A stretch of 57,414 bases of DNA, counting the filler, from Bipalium vagum (taxonomy: Eukaryota), in the NCBI GenBank assembly GCA_037834085.1. It is 3 parts of 3 records of this genome, joined end to end, with 100 filler letters (N's around TTAATTAATTAA, not from the genome) between each part and the next. Parts side by side here need not be neighbours in the genome. Positions count along the whole stretch, not along the records: positions 16,963 to 39,494 come from JBBMKC010216136.1; 2 more parts are not named here. The stretch is one strand, 5' to 3'. The notes beneath the pieces are model-generated. The model did not search any database. It was not told where the DNA came from and was given only the letters and a program-made list of their open reading frames with translations. Below are positions 25,061 through 35,822 of this stretch, piece by piece (the stretch's first letter is position 1; each line of letters opens with the position of its first letter). The translations under genes and the position numbers were made by a program.

Positions 25061-27689
25061 TTATTCAATATTTTTTCCCTGTTATTTTTATTATTATATT
25101 TTATTAATATTATTCCATTTTTTTAAATAATATTTTTTTACTTTATATTTTAATTATTGTTTATTACACATATTTATTTACTCACTCAAAGAAATCAATC
25201 AAATAAAAATTTTTAAATGGTAATTTATATTTTATTAATGGTTTAATATAAATACTATATCTGAGTACAATTTTCAAAAAAAATACAGTTAAATTTATTA
25301 AGTGAAATCAGATTAAATACAATTTTGTTAAAATAGTCCAATTTATATTGACACATTTATTTACGTACATATTTTAAAGTTATATTTTTATCAATTTTTA
25401 ACCAATTAATAATTTTTTTTGATACATTAAGAGTAAGTAAGGTCTTTTATAAAATTTAATAATTTTGTGCATATAATAAATTAATACACGTTTCAGAAAT
25501 ATGCCAAAATGAAAAAGGCATGATCGATGCCTATAAAGGATGTGGCAAGTCGAATCGATGGATAGCAAACAAGATTGGAAGAAGTGAAGGAACCATTAGG
25601 TATTATTTTAAAAATAAAAGCCAAAAAATAGAGAAACGTGGACCAATACTCAAGCTCTCCCCTTCCACAGAGCGTCTAATAATTCACAATGCCAGTAATA
25701 AAGCAACATCAATATCAAAATTGAAAAGAGAAATGAGTTTAAATGTGTCTAGAGAGACTATCAGAAGAGTTTTAAAGAAATCGAATACATCTACTTACTG
25801 AAAGATGTTGGTAAAGCCACCTCATAAGGTAGAACATAAAATTAAAAGATTGAAATGGGCAAAGAACAAGGTATCATGGGGTGAAGAATGGAAACATATC
25901 ATTTGGAACGACGAAAAGAAGTTCAATTTAGATGGCCCAAATGGGTTTGCTACTATTGGCATGATTTAAGAAAGGATGATCTAGCTTTTTCTAAGAGGCA
26001 CACTGGTGGTGGTTCTCTCATGATTTGAGCATGCTTTAATTTCTACGGTAAATCAAGTCTTGCCATAGTTTCAGGAAACCAAAATCAATGGAAATATCAG
26101 CAACACTTAACAGAACATCTCCTGCCATTTTTGAATGATTTCGGTGGAGAGAAATCAGTCTTCCAAAATGATAACTGTAAATGCCATGTTGCCCGTTTCA
26201 GTTTAAAATGGCTGAATGAGAGAACTATTACAGTTATGCCCTGGCCACCGTATTCGCCGGATCTAAATCCGATAGAAAACATGTGTGGAATTCTTGCCGC
26301 CGTGTTTACGCCGGTGGAAATCAATTCAACGCATTTGCTCAGCTGAAATCGATAGTTATTCGTTGTTGGGAAGGCATTGAGAAAAGTATTTTAGAAAGCT
26401 TGGTAAATTCAATGAAAGATAGAGCTTATCAAACTATTTAATCACATGGATGTTCAACAAAGTTTTAGCAAAAAAATTTTACACATTTTTGTCTTTTATT
26501 TTGAATAAAACTTCAAATTACATAAGTGCGTAAATAAATTTGTGTCGATTTTTTTTACCACCATCCGCTTAATCTCGTTACTAAGTTAATATTTTATAAA
26601 GAATTTTATGATAAACATTTTATATTAGCATGCTAACAGTACCGTATTAATTATAATTACATTTGACCAACTTACCCTCCTATAATCAGACAAAATTACA
26701 CATTTTATTGGTGCGTAAATAAATTTGTGTCGCACAGTATAATTATTTTATATTTTCTTATTTTTGTGCAATGAAATTGTGATGGAATCATTCTTTTAAT
26801 TTGGTACGCAAAAATGGTACCACATCATTTTTTGCTTTTTTGCCCCTATTGATCCTACTCTCACAAACTTGATCTTGACTTGACTGATTGATCCCGTCTC
26901 AGAATTTCCGTGACCAGACACGATAGAAAGGTCGTAAAGCCGTCCTTGTTTGCCCAGGATCAGTTTTTGTGTCTTTGCGTCATTCCTCTGATCAGCGGAC
27001 TGCTGGGCTGGCCCTTTATATCAGGCGCCGCTGTTCGTTCCACCAGTCACGTTGTGGCAATGACCAAGTGGGATCAGAAGGTCGTCCCGGGCGTCCGTCA
27101 CAAGTTATTATCATTATTTTCCGATAAATAATAGCTCTCTATTCCTCTCCCTCTCCGTGATGTTTTTTAACAATTTCAGAATTTTGGGGGTCGTCGAACA
27201 GCGGGTTACTCTGTTGATTGTGGGCGTCCTTGTAGTGTGTACCGTGTCCATCGATTCGTTGCTCAATTTCGTTCCGACGTCAGCAATCCTTGGGATGTTT
27301 CTCTACATGGGTGTCATCGGCATTCGGGATCTGGTCGTTACCCGGCGATTGATTGTAATGTTCAAAAGACGGAAGCACTGGAAGGTATCTTTCTTCTTTA
27401 TTGCTCTTGACTTCTCTCATCTTTTGCGCATCTTGTTTTCTCATTTATCTTCGCTAACTCTTTTTCTCTGATGTCCTTTGTTCTTTCTCTGGTCTTTCTC
27501 AATCTATAAACATTTTCCAGGACTTATATTATTTTTTTTCTTTCTATCATTGTTATTTTTTATGATTATTATTTAGTTTTTTAATTAATATTTAATTTAT
27601 TATTTTTATAATTATTTTTCTTTATATTATTATTTTGAAATTAAAAACTCCTGTTGTATCAAAATCTTTATAACAATAATAACAATAAA

Positions 27690-27723
<34 letters not shown>

Positions 27724-29598
27724 TAAATAATAAAATTAATAATAAAGTGATGTTATATTAGGATTGCCCATAAGTAATCAATTATTTTTAGTATGCAGTG
27801 TTTGCCTCATTCTAGCTCAGACCCTGAATATATAAACACGTGTTTTATTAAGTTAAATTATAATCATTGACCTTGAATATTGATTATAATAAAATTCAAA
27901 CGTTTTTATTATTCTGATATAAAATGGTGGAGAATCAACCAAGTGAGGAACATTTACTTCATTACATACTGTTTCATTTTTGATCGGATGTTAATACAAC
28001 CGTTGCAACAAAGAAGATTTGTGATGTGTACGGAGACGTATTAAAAGCCAATAAGTGCCAACAAATTTTCAAATTGTGATTTTGGATTGTCTCATAGCGC
28101 TCGAACTGGACGCCCGGTAGGGTTTGATAAGGACGCTCTAAAAGCACTGGTGGAAAGGAATCCCAAAATGAGTATCCATGAAATAGCAAAAACTCTTCAA
28201 GCTTCTTGGTCAACAGTTCAAAGACATCTTAAAGAAATCGGGAAGATTTACTGACAGGGTATATGAGTCCCACATCTATTGTCGGAGATGAATAAAGGTC
28301 AACGGCGTACAATTCGCACATCTCTTTTGTGTAGACAGAGATCCGTTTTTAAGGATTGTTACTGGTGACAAGAAATGGGTCTTGTACATCAACAACAATG
28401 GCTTTCTCCAAATTAACTACCCATACCCATTCCGAAACCATCCCTCACTCTAAAGAAGGTATTATTGTCCGTTTCGTGGGACTGTGGTGGCATAATTCAT
28501 TTTGAACTATTGAAATCAGGAGAAACAGTTACGGCTGAATTGTATTTCCAACAGCTGGATAGATTACGAAACCAATTGTTCGTAAAACGACCAGGTTTGG
28601 TTAACAGAAAGGGGGTAATATTGCAACATGATAATGCAAGACCTCATGCAGCAAAATTAACGCAAGAAAAAATAAGGCAGATAGAATGGGAAATTTTACC
28701 ATATTCCCCATATTCTCCAGACATAGCGCCATAGGATTTTTATTTATTCCGGTCCATGAAACATTCCCTGAAAAATCAAAATTTCAAAAATGCCGATGAT
28801 GTTCAAACTCACCTAGAATCATATTTCTCTTCAAAGAATACAAAATTTTATGGCCGGGGAATTGAAACTCTACCAACAAGAGGGCAAAGGTACTAGACAA
28901 CTATGGATATTATATAATCGATTAAAAATAGAAATAAATGTATTTAAATTCTTTTTTTGTTTTGCCACTTAAATAATTGATTATTTATGGGCACTCCTAA
29001 TAATCATTGCAAAATAGGCTATATTTGTTATAATTTTATCTTGTCCGGGCGCAGGATCACGAGTACCTGAGAGACATTCCCCCGTGCGTTTTAAAGGTCT
29101 TTGAAGTGGTGCAGTTGGTTATGATCCTGTTGATGTTCACCATGAACTGTATAACGGAGTTCACGGGCATCTCTTGGTGCTCCTTTCTCATTCCGGCACT
29201 GTTGTTACTGTTCGCCATTTGCCGAGAAACAGTCTTGCCCAAAGTGGCCTGGCTATCCCCGCACCTGGACAAGGTTGACTTTTTTCTTTTGCCTCGTTTC
29301 TCGATTTGACTAAATAGTTTTTGTTGACCCCTTCCAGTTGGACCCTCGGCATGTCATCAACATGCCAAGCATCAGTCCTTCGACCAACGGCGGCGGTGGA
29401 GATTGTCATGTTTCATCTTCTTCGTTCGATAAGCCTCCATTTCCTGGTGCACTCAACCGACCGGTGTCTGTTCTCAGCAGCTGTGCCGTTCTCAACAATG
29501 TCCGCACTCAACTCGACCCTGCATCTGACCTGGACGACAGTGTCGACACATCCGGTAACGAACTGAGCTCGTGCACGAGCAGTTCGGACCAGGACTAA
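18714..29598 (+). CDS. SLC4 / band 3-like anion transporter, 3' part of the membrane domain and C-terminal tail (5' exons missing)
   Basis: Exons 18714-18917, 24502-24746, 26903-27103, 27180-27384, 29055-29273 and 29338-29598, all GT-AG and phase-consistent. Motifs: KFFTRKIRKMIDYFNVAIGI, AFTETAIAG, RKVVKPS, GWPFISGAAVRSTSH, VVEQRVT, AILGMFLYMGV. Confidence 0.9.
19259..19699 (+). mobile_element. Non-autonomous mariner deletion derivative (441 bp)
   Basis: TA-flanked TIRs TTAGGTTTACAAATAAA and (reverse complement) TTAGGTGTACAAATAAA. Retains the transposase C-terminus IRKWLEEFWAFKQPDFF; related to the remnant at 23270-24310. Confidence 0.75.
19850..20542 (-). mobile_element. Decayed mariner remnant
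   Basis: Mariner-like TIR (..TCAAAAAGTTCGTGCGG) near 20516-20542, an HTH remnant (EDAPRSGRP) and a GQVVPHSLT (WVPHEL-like) motif. Confidence 0.6.
20564..21195 (+). mobile_element. Tc1/IS630-like internal-deletion derivative (632 bp)
   Basis: TA-flanked TIRs CAGGCTTATGCAGAAA and (reverse complement) CAGGGTTATGCAGAAA. Coding remnants LVY*DETKVNLH are joined almost directly to FLPSYSPQLNPTEVVFS. Confidence 0.8.
21400..21870 (+). mobile_element. Decayed mariner N-terminal remnant
   Basis: HTH-like and WVPxxL-like fragments (KEGIGCALPFKAD...), with an IVTGDE-like VIGGRK segment. Boundaries approximate. Confidence 0.5.
21880..22730 (-). mobile_element. Gypsy-like integrase/pol remnant
   Basis: Degenerate fragments resembling IDCFSK and HPQSNGLVER-W (read as ERSINGLVGCY*GLWRAFK). 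Heavily mutated. Confidence 0.45.
23270..24310 (+). mobile_element. Decayed mariner element
   Basis: KMHIRHCFLYEF...RPGAP, KEGKWIPHNL, YEVLEPDETVTADCY and HRAHSPEIALTIFHLL are spread over several frames. Confidence 0.75.
25155..26737 (+). mobile_element. Tc1/Tc3-like DD34E element with IR/DR-type ends, inactivated
   Basis: Transposase remnant at about 25500-26468: HTH, IIWNDEKKFNLDGPNG, FQND-x34-E (WPPYSPDLNPIE). The right end carries two copies of GTGCGTAAATAAATTTGTGTCG (about 26526 and 26711), with degenerate inverted copies at about 25166 and 25350. Left boundary approximate. Confidence 0.85.
27758..29000 (+). mobile_element. Near full-length mariner element, inactivated (1243 bp)
   Basis: 30-bp TIRs TTAGGATTGCCCATAAGTAATCAATTATTT and (reverse complement) TTAGGAGTGCCCATAAATAATCAATTATTT with TA target duplication. 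Motifs IVTGDKKW, QHDNARPH and YSPDIAP*DF, with stops. Confidence 0.92.
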
Positions 29599-32199
29599 AG
29601 GTGAAACCAAAGAGAGACTGGCAGAAAAAGAGAAAGACAGAGACATTGGTCAGTCCTTATCGTTGTCCTTATCCCTTTCATTTTTTGAAACTGAAATCGT
29701 TAAACGTTGTAAATAATACTATTATTAAGAATAATGATCTTAAAAATTCTCTTAATACCCCCTTCTGCTATGTCGTCAATGAAAAGAGAAATCCATTTTT
29801 ATAAATATTTATAAATCTCAAATATTGATTTTTGGAGTGCACTGATAATATTGATAATATTTTTGATTTTTGTGTTTTCATCTACATCGATCCTGTCCCA
29901 AGTAAAATATATACATAAAGGCACAGCCCTCTCCCAACTCCACAATGACGTTTTATCACTATCATACGTCGGGGGAAATTTTTCGGCTGTCTCCGAAATT
30001 TTTGTGAAATTATATTCATTTTATTGATGGTTGATTGGAAAAAGATGTTTGGATTCAGTTGTGTTTTTTGAAATAAAAAAGCTGTGCAGAATTATTGCTT
30101 GTTTTCGTGTTTGTTTTTAGGATTAAATCAAGTTTGACATGAGAGTGTATATGCATATAAAGAAATATTTTGACATGTGCCCATTGGCTTAATATTCGGA
30201 AATGAAGTCTTAATTTCAATAAAATAATTCAGTCTAAAAAATGAATTTACAATGATATTAGTTGCAATGATTTTATATTATATACACACCTTGACATGTA
30301 CTCATTGGTTCAATTTTCAAAAAATCAAATCTTTTAATGTTTAGCCGATAAATCAATGAACAATAATATCTGGGTAAGGTTGCAGTTTTACGTTACGTAA
30401 ATTCATAATTTTTTATTTAAATCATTTCGATTATTTTTAAGAACACTCGACGTAAATTTGAAGCAGATTACTTCGATGAAGATATTAAAAAAGGTCGCGA
30501 TAATTAAGAATATTAGACTATTCTGAAAAATATTAAATTTAATGAAAACTATTCCAGTTATTATATTTGCTAAATTATTGTTAAATTACAATCAATTGGT
30601 CCTGTGGAGTTCGGTTGTCTTTAGATGTGTCTAACTAACGATCCTAGAATTGGTTGAATTTAATGGTCGATTAAGGAATCATCGTTAATCATTAATGTAA
30701 TGAAAAACAAAGAGTTTTCATATAATTTCAGTTTGAATGCGTTTGACTTAGTTTCAGAGCAAAGGAGAATCAATTTTCCTTCTTGTTTCTCATTACCAAA
30801 TAAATAATTAAACAAATGAATGAAATACTTAAATTGAAATGTAAAAAGTTTAAATTGAAGTGAAAAGCCTGTATTTCGAATAAATGCTAAATTATCATGC
30901 CTGAGAGAATCGACTATCATGAAGCTCAACAGAATCAATGAAAAATGTTCTCAGATTTTTTGGCCAAATTGATTTTTTTTACTATGAACATCGCAAATTC
31001 CATCGATTACACTTTCGATCAACTGCTTTGTGGTTGGAATCATTCATCATTCTATAAAAACTGAGATGTCGGGTACAAAATTTTAAGTTTAACATGGTCA
31101 AAAGTGTAAAAGTCAACCTAGTTACTTTAAAAACAATAAAAGAAGTTAATAACAAATTTGAATCACAAAATGGTCTGTTCAATATTTCAGAATATATTAA
31201 GTTGACGTAGAACCACTTATTAAGACAACGCTTAAATTAAATATATGATTCAACATTTTCAAAATCAAATTTTTAATCATATAATTATTATTTATGGAAT
31301 CACTGAGGTCTGCAAAAATCACCGATGTACTTTGCACATTTTAGGACTAAATATATTTCGATGTAAGACAATTTTATTTCGAAAATATTAGCGATGACTG
31401 AAGTTTATAATTAAATATTTCTGAATTAATTTTTAATAAATAAATAATAATAAATTCCAATTTTTTAAAAATTTGTTGCAGTTTGGATAAAGTGCCAAAG
31501 GTCATCCATTTAATTAATTAAATTATTAATTATAATAGTTATGTTTTGTATTACATTTTAGAATTGATTGTCTTGAGAAAATTTCTCTGAATGACATAAA
31601 ATAATTCACATTTCTTTTTTATAAAGCCTTATCCTAATAAAGTTTGATATTATAAATTGTCAAAATCATATGAAATATATTTTATTATTTTATATTATTT
31701 TAAGTATTTGGGAGAAAGGAAACCCAATTACAAATAAATAAGGAAAATGCTTCAAGGACACGTTTCGGTCATCATTTCGATAATTATCTGTAAGACGTTT
31801 AAAAATTAATTAAAATTTAATTCAGTATTGAGAGATAAAAGAAAATGAGAATGTTTCCACCGGTATCAGTTCTATCAAAAATGGCTTGCAGATTAAAATG
31901 ATAGGATACCTTTGAGAATTGGTTCACGGTACAATGATGAAAACCCTCTCATATGCCATTATTTTACCAACAATGGTGCCATCAGCGTTTACTTTAAACG
32001 AGATCAATAAAAATCCGCGGTTCGATGGTTTGAATGCTTCGCGCATCATTGAATAAATGAAGTTACTGGATCTGAGCCTTCTAAAAGTAAATGTTGATAT
32101 TTAAAATTGTTAATATTTTCTTAATCTGGACTCTTCATAATTTTTAGATGTTCTCTTTCAGTGCTATTATGAACTAGTTTTTTTATTTTAAATGGAAAA

Positions 32200-33760
32200 A
32201 GCTAAGGATGGTCTTAGACAGCTAGCAAGGTGGTGTTCTTATTTTTTTAAAGTCAGTCTCGTAACTGGGAGGTTGTCATTATCCTTATTTATAATTTTAT
32301 TGATGTGTAGCTTCACCAAAATTCAGTTATAATTAAAGAGTAAGAATTCTTTAAAACTCGGTCTAACATAGTCAAATCAAGTTTGAATTCTTCCTAAATC
32401 CAACTCATATTAACTGAATTCTACAACTGTGTAACCCAATAATCTTTAGCACTCAGACCCCTAATCTTTGGCAAGTGAGACTGTCTGAAAATCAATTATG
32501 TTATTTGTCCCACCATTGACATTCTAAATTGACCCAAAAGTGAGTAGTGAACTCTAAAAAGGCTTGCATATAAAATTTCAGTCACATACCTTACAATAGT
32601 TCCCTAGGTTATAAATAAATACTTCCACTATTAATATTGCATAGTTCACTTAAGGCTAACCTTCTATGATGTTACTGTGACCTAAATCTATAGAACTCAA
32701 AAATCAAAAACAGCACGAAATGTTAATAATATTTTTAATAATAGCACGGAACACTCCTCAAGCAAATGATAGATTAATTGTGTCCCTTTTTTATGTTTAA
32801 TTTTAAGAACATATCTAATAACTTCTAATTTAGTATCTCCGCCAATTTTAACTGAACAGTAATGATTTGGTGTAATCTAGAAACAGAAAATCGATATTTT
32901 AACACAAGGATGATTAGACAGTCAAGTTGTCAAGCATGATGTACTCACTTTGTTTAGTAATTCTCGAAAATCTCAATTCCTGGCTGTAAATTTCGATAAT
33001 AAATAATTGATTACATTTACTTGACCCTTGGTTTGTTTAACTAAATTAATATAATCAATTTTAAATATAATCTTTGTACCAAAACGTTGTAATAGTTATT
33101 TAGATTTATAATTAACAGTCAACAGTCTTATTTTATCGTAAGTTTTAAATCTTTAAAATAAATAGTTTAATTTTAGTTCATCCTATTTTCTAAGACAATA
33201 TTTAAAATTAATAGTTAAGTAACTATGAGTAACAAGCTCACTAAAAGAAAAAACTCAACCGAAATAATTCTAACCAATATTATTATTTGGTAAAGTTCAA
33301 GTCGCGGTATACATAATAAAAGAAATAGATAAAATTGAGAACAATAATTAACAATTGTGCTTAGTCTTACTGAATGAATAACAAATTATCGAATAGTCAC
33401 TATTTTTAGTTAATAAACTTATTTTTGTCTCGTTAATTTGATTTTGAAAAAATATAATGTAATTGGACATTTCATATGGTACAATCTCGTACCATTATTT
33501 TCTTGACATTTTTGGGTTGACTGTTCAATGAAGCCAAAAATGATTACCAATCATTCTTATATCTTATTCAAAAATACACCGATATCTTCTAATGTGAAAT
33601 GACCCATCTCTACAACATATTTAAGTACCATTTTGACAGCAACAGCCATCCCCTGTCATGCTTATCTAGGCCCCTTAAGAGAGTAAATGAACTTTTATTC
33701 AGTAATCCTAAAAAAATATTATCCCGGCTTTTGTATTGGTAGTAATAGGCTTAAAAGTAA
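32200..33760 (-). mobile_element. Highly decayed non-LTR (LINE) APE-RT remnant
   Basis: Minus-strand fragments QGMAVAVK...KIMVRD (APE-like GVAI..K, GDFN region) and FEFYRFRS...SIYL*PR (QFGFR / DL..AFD-like). Many stops. Confidence 0.45.
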
Positions 33761-34936
33761 GTAGAAAATAATTTTATTTCTTTTCTTTTTTCAGTTTCAT
33801 TATTTAGTTCTCCTACTTACAATTTTCCAAAACTGAAACGCAATTTTCAACACAGCCTTTATTTCATTATTTAATTCATCCAGTACTTCTAAGCAATATT
33901 CCTTCAACCACTGTACTGTTACCTTCCTTGCTTGCTCGATCACTTTTGTCTATCTAGTATCCTCTTAATTTAATTTTATTCTCAAAATTTAACAAAACAG
34001 TGTTAAAAGTAACGAGGTCAATAATCAAAGCTAATATTTTCCTTTTAAATAGGCTCAAGCCCTTCACTACGTATATGGTGGGCAAGGTTTTAGTCAGGGA
34101 TGCTAAAATCAAAGAGTTAGAATTAGAATAACCAAAAATAAGAGAGATATCACAAAGTCAACTATTCGGTCAAAGAAAGGCATAAACGCATTCTATAAAG
34201 ACTTCTGTTCATGAACGCCCTGAACAGAAAATAGAGAAATTAACTTTTACAACATTATCAACAGTTAATCTACATCCTAAAGCTCACTCATCAGAAAATA
34301 TTTTATATTTTTCTTTCTTCAAAAAATTTTCTCAAGAAAGAAAAGAATTTCTTTTAATGACGTCAAAAATTTCTTCCCTCATTTATTCTTTCAAAAAGTT
34401 CATCAATATTTTTTGATGGATTAAAAAAATAAAAAGAACTTTTCTTTGAGAGTTTGTTAATGATTTTCAATGTTAAAAGAAAAATATTATTCTTCCCTTC
34501 AATGCTATATACAATGGTCTCTGTGGAGAGGAACAATAACGATTATCGACCATCTTTTGTTTTTCGACTCAACCACTGAAACAAGTATTATTCTTTGTCC
34601 TTTTTCTTTTTCATTTTTCATTCTCATCTTTCTACTTTCTCTTAGAAATAGTAACAAAAATAAAAGTAGTTTTCATTTCACAGAACACAGGTCTTGCACT
34701 TTCACACGAACATAAATAATAATCATAATAAAAGTTAAGCAGATTTCACATTGTTTTCAAGGAAGGAATGAGAAAAGAAAATAATGGTTTATTATAACCA
34801 TAACGCATTTCTAAGAGATAGGTATCTAAGGGAGTCTATTTCAATGATCTTTGGAGACTTTGATTTGATTGGACCAAACATATATAAGTTCAGCCCTGTT
34901 GTAGCAGTGTCATATTTGCAAACTGTTTTCTGTACA

Positions 34937-35822
34937 ATGCTTTTTTCAGTTTGGTCAACTTTTGTTGTGGTCCTCATTTTCATTATCATTGCCAATGCCC
35001 ACCAAATATATTATGTCATCCAATCATGTGTTTTCGAATCTTTCCAAAGAATATCTGGGCTATCAAAACTGGAATGCGCATTGAATTGTTTCATGACAGA
35101 ATGCAAAGCTTTTCAATTTAGTCTCAGCGGTGGACTGTGTGCCTTATTTGGATTCCATGAAATATGTCAATCCAATGCACCATGTCACCAAGTCAGGGTA
35201 TTTATCAATAATCGATATAACGACATGGTTAGTGTATTTTAAAGATATTTATTGATATTGATGTGCTCTTTTTCAGTTTCATTCTGATGTCACTAATGCG
35301 CGATACAAAATTTTTAATGACATTAAGCCATATAGTAAAAATGACACGTTTTTGGCTTTTACAATCTTAAACGAGACTCAAAGTACAGCTTTGGCGGTTG
35401 GCTGGAATAACCGGGCCATATTGGCTATGGGTACGTACCGAAATTCAAAATTGTATACACTAACAAATAAGATTCCCGGACCAATAAACAATAATATTTT
35501 GTTAACTTTCTCAAAATGCATCAATACAAACATGACCAAATGTGTAACAATTTTGAACTACAAGACTGATTTATCGGATGGGAAGAATTTATCACTCCGC
35601 ACGACCAAAGAGGACTTTGACTTTGATTTAGTGAAAAAGAAAATGGGAAATAATCATTGGAATTTCATTTACGTAGGAGATTTCACGACTGAGGGAAACA
35701 AAAAGCTCCTGAGATTATTTGGACTTTGCAAAACCGGGCTGGTAGATTCCACACAATGGAAGAATGACGGAAATATTTGCAAAAGCCTGACAAATGTGAG
35801 ATTCACGGAGTGTAAACCCTGA
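34937..35822 (+). CDS. Secreted PAN/Apple-domain protein, 2 exons, about 268 aa
   Basis: Exon 1 (34937-35197) has a signal peptide MLFSVWSTFVVVLIFIIIANA, then SKLECALNCFMTECKAFQFSLSGGLCAL (PAN Cys pattern). A 79-nt GT-AG phase-0 intron is followed by exon 2 (35277-35822), open to TGA. An in-frame upstream ATG exists at 34784. Confidence 0.78.

Noticed and set aside
30600-32090. Possible exons or pseudogene (fragments faintly CUB-like on +, or an unknown exon on -)
   Set aside because: Every frame is interrupted by stops, and no consistent splice model or convincing motif could be built.
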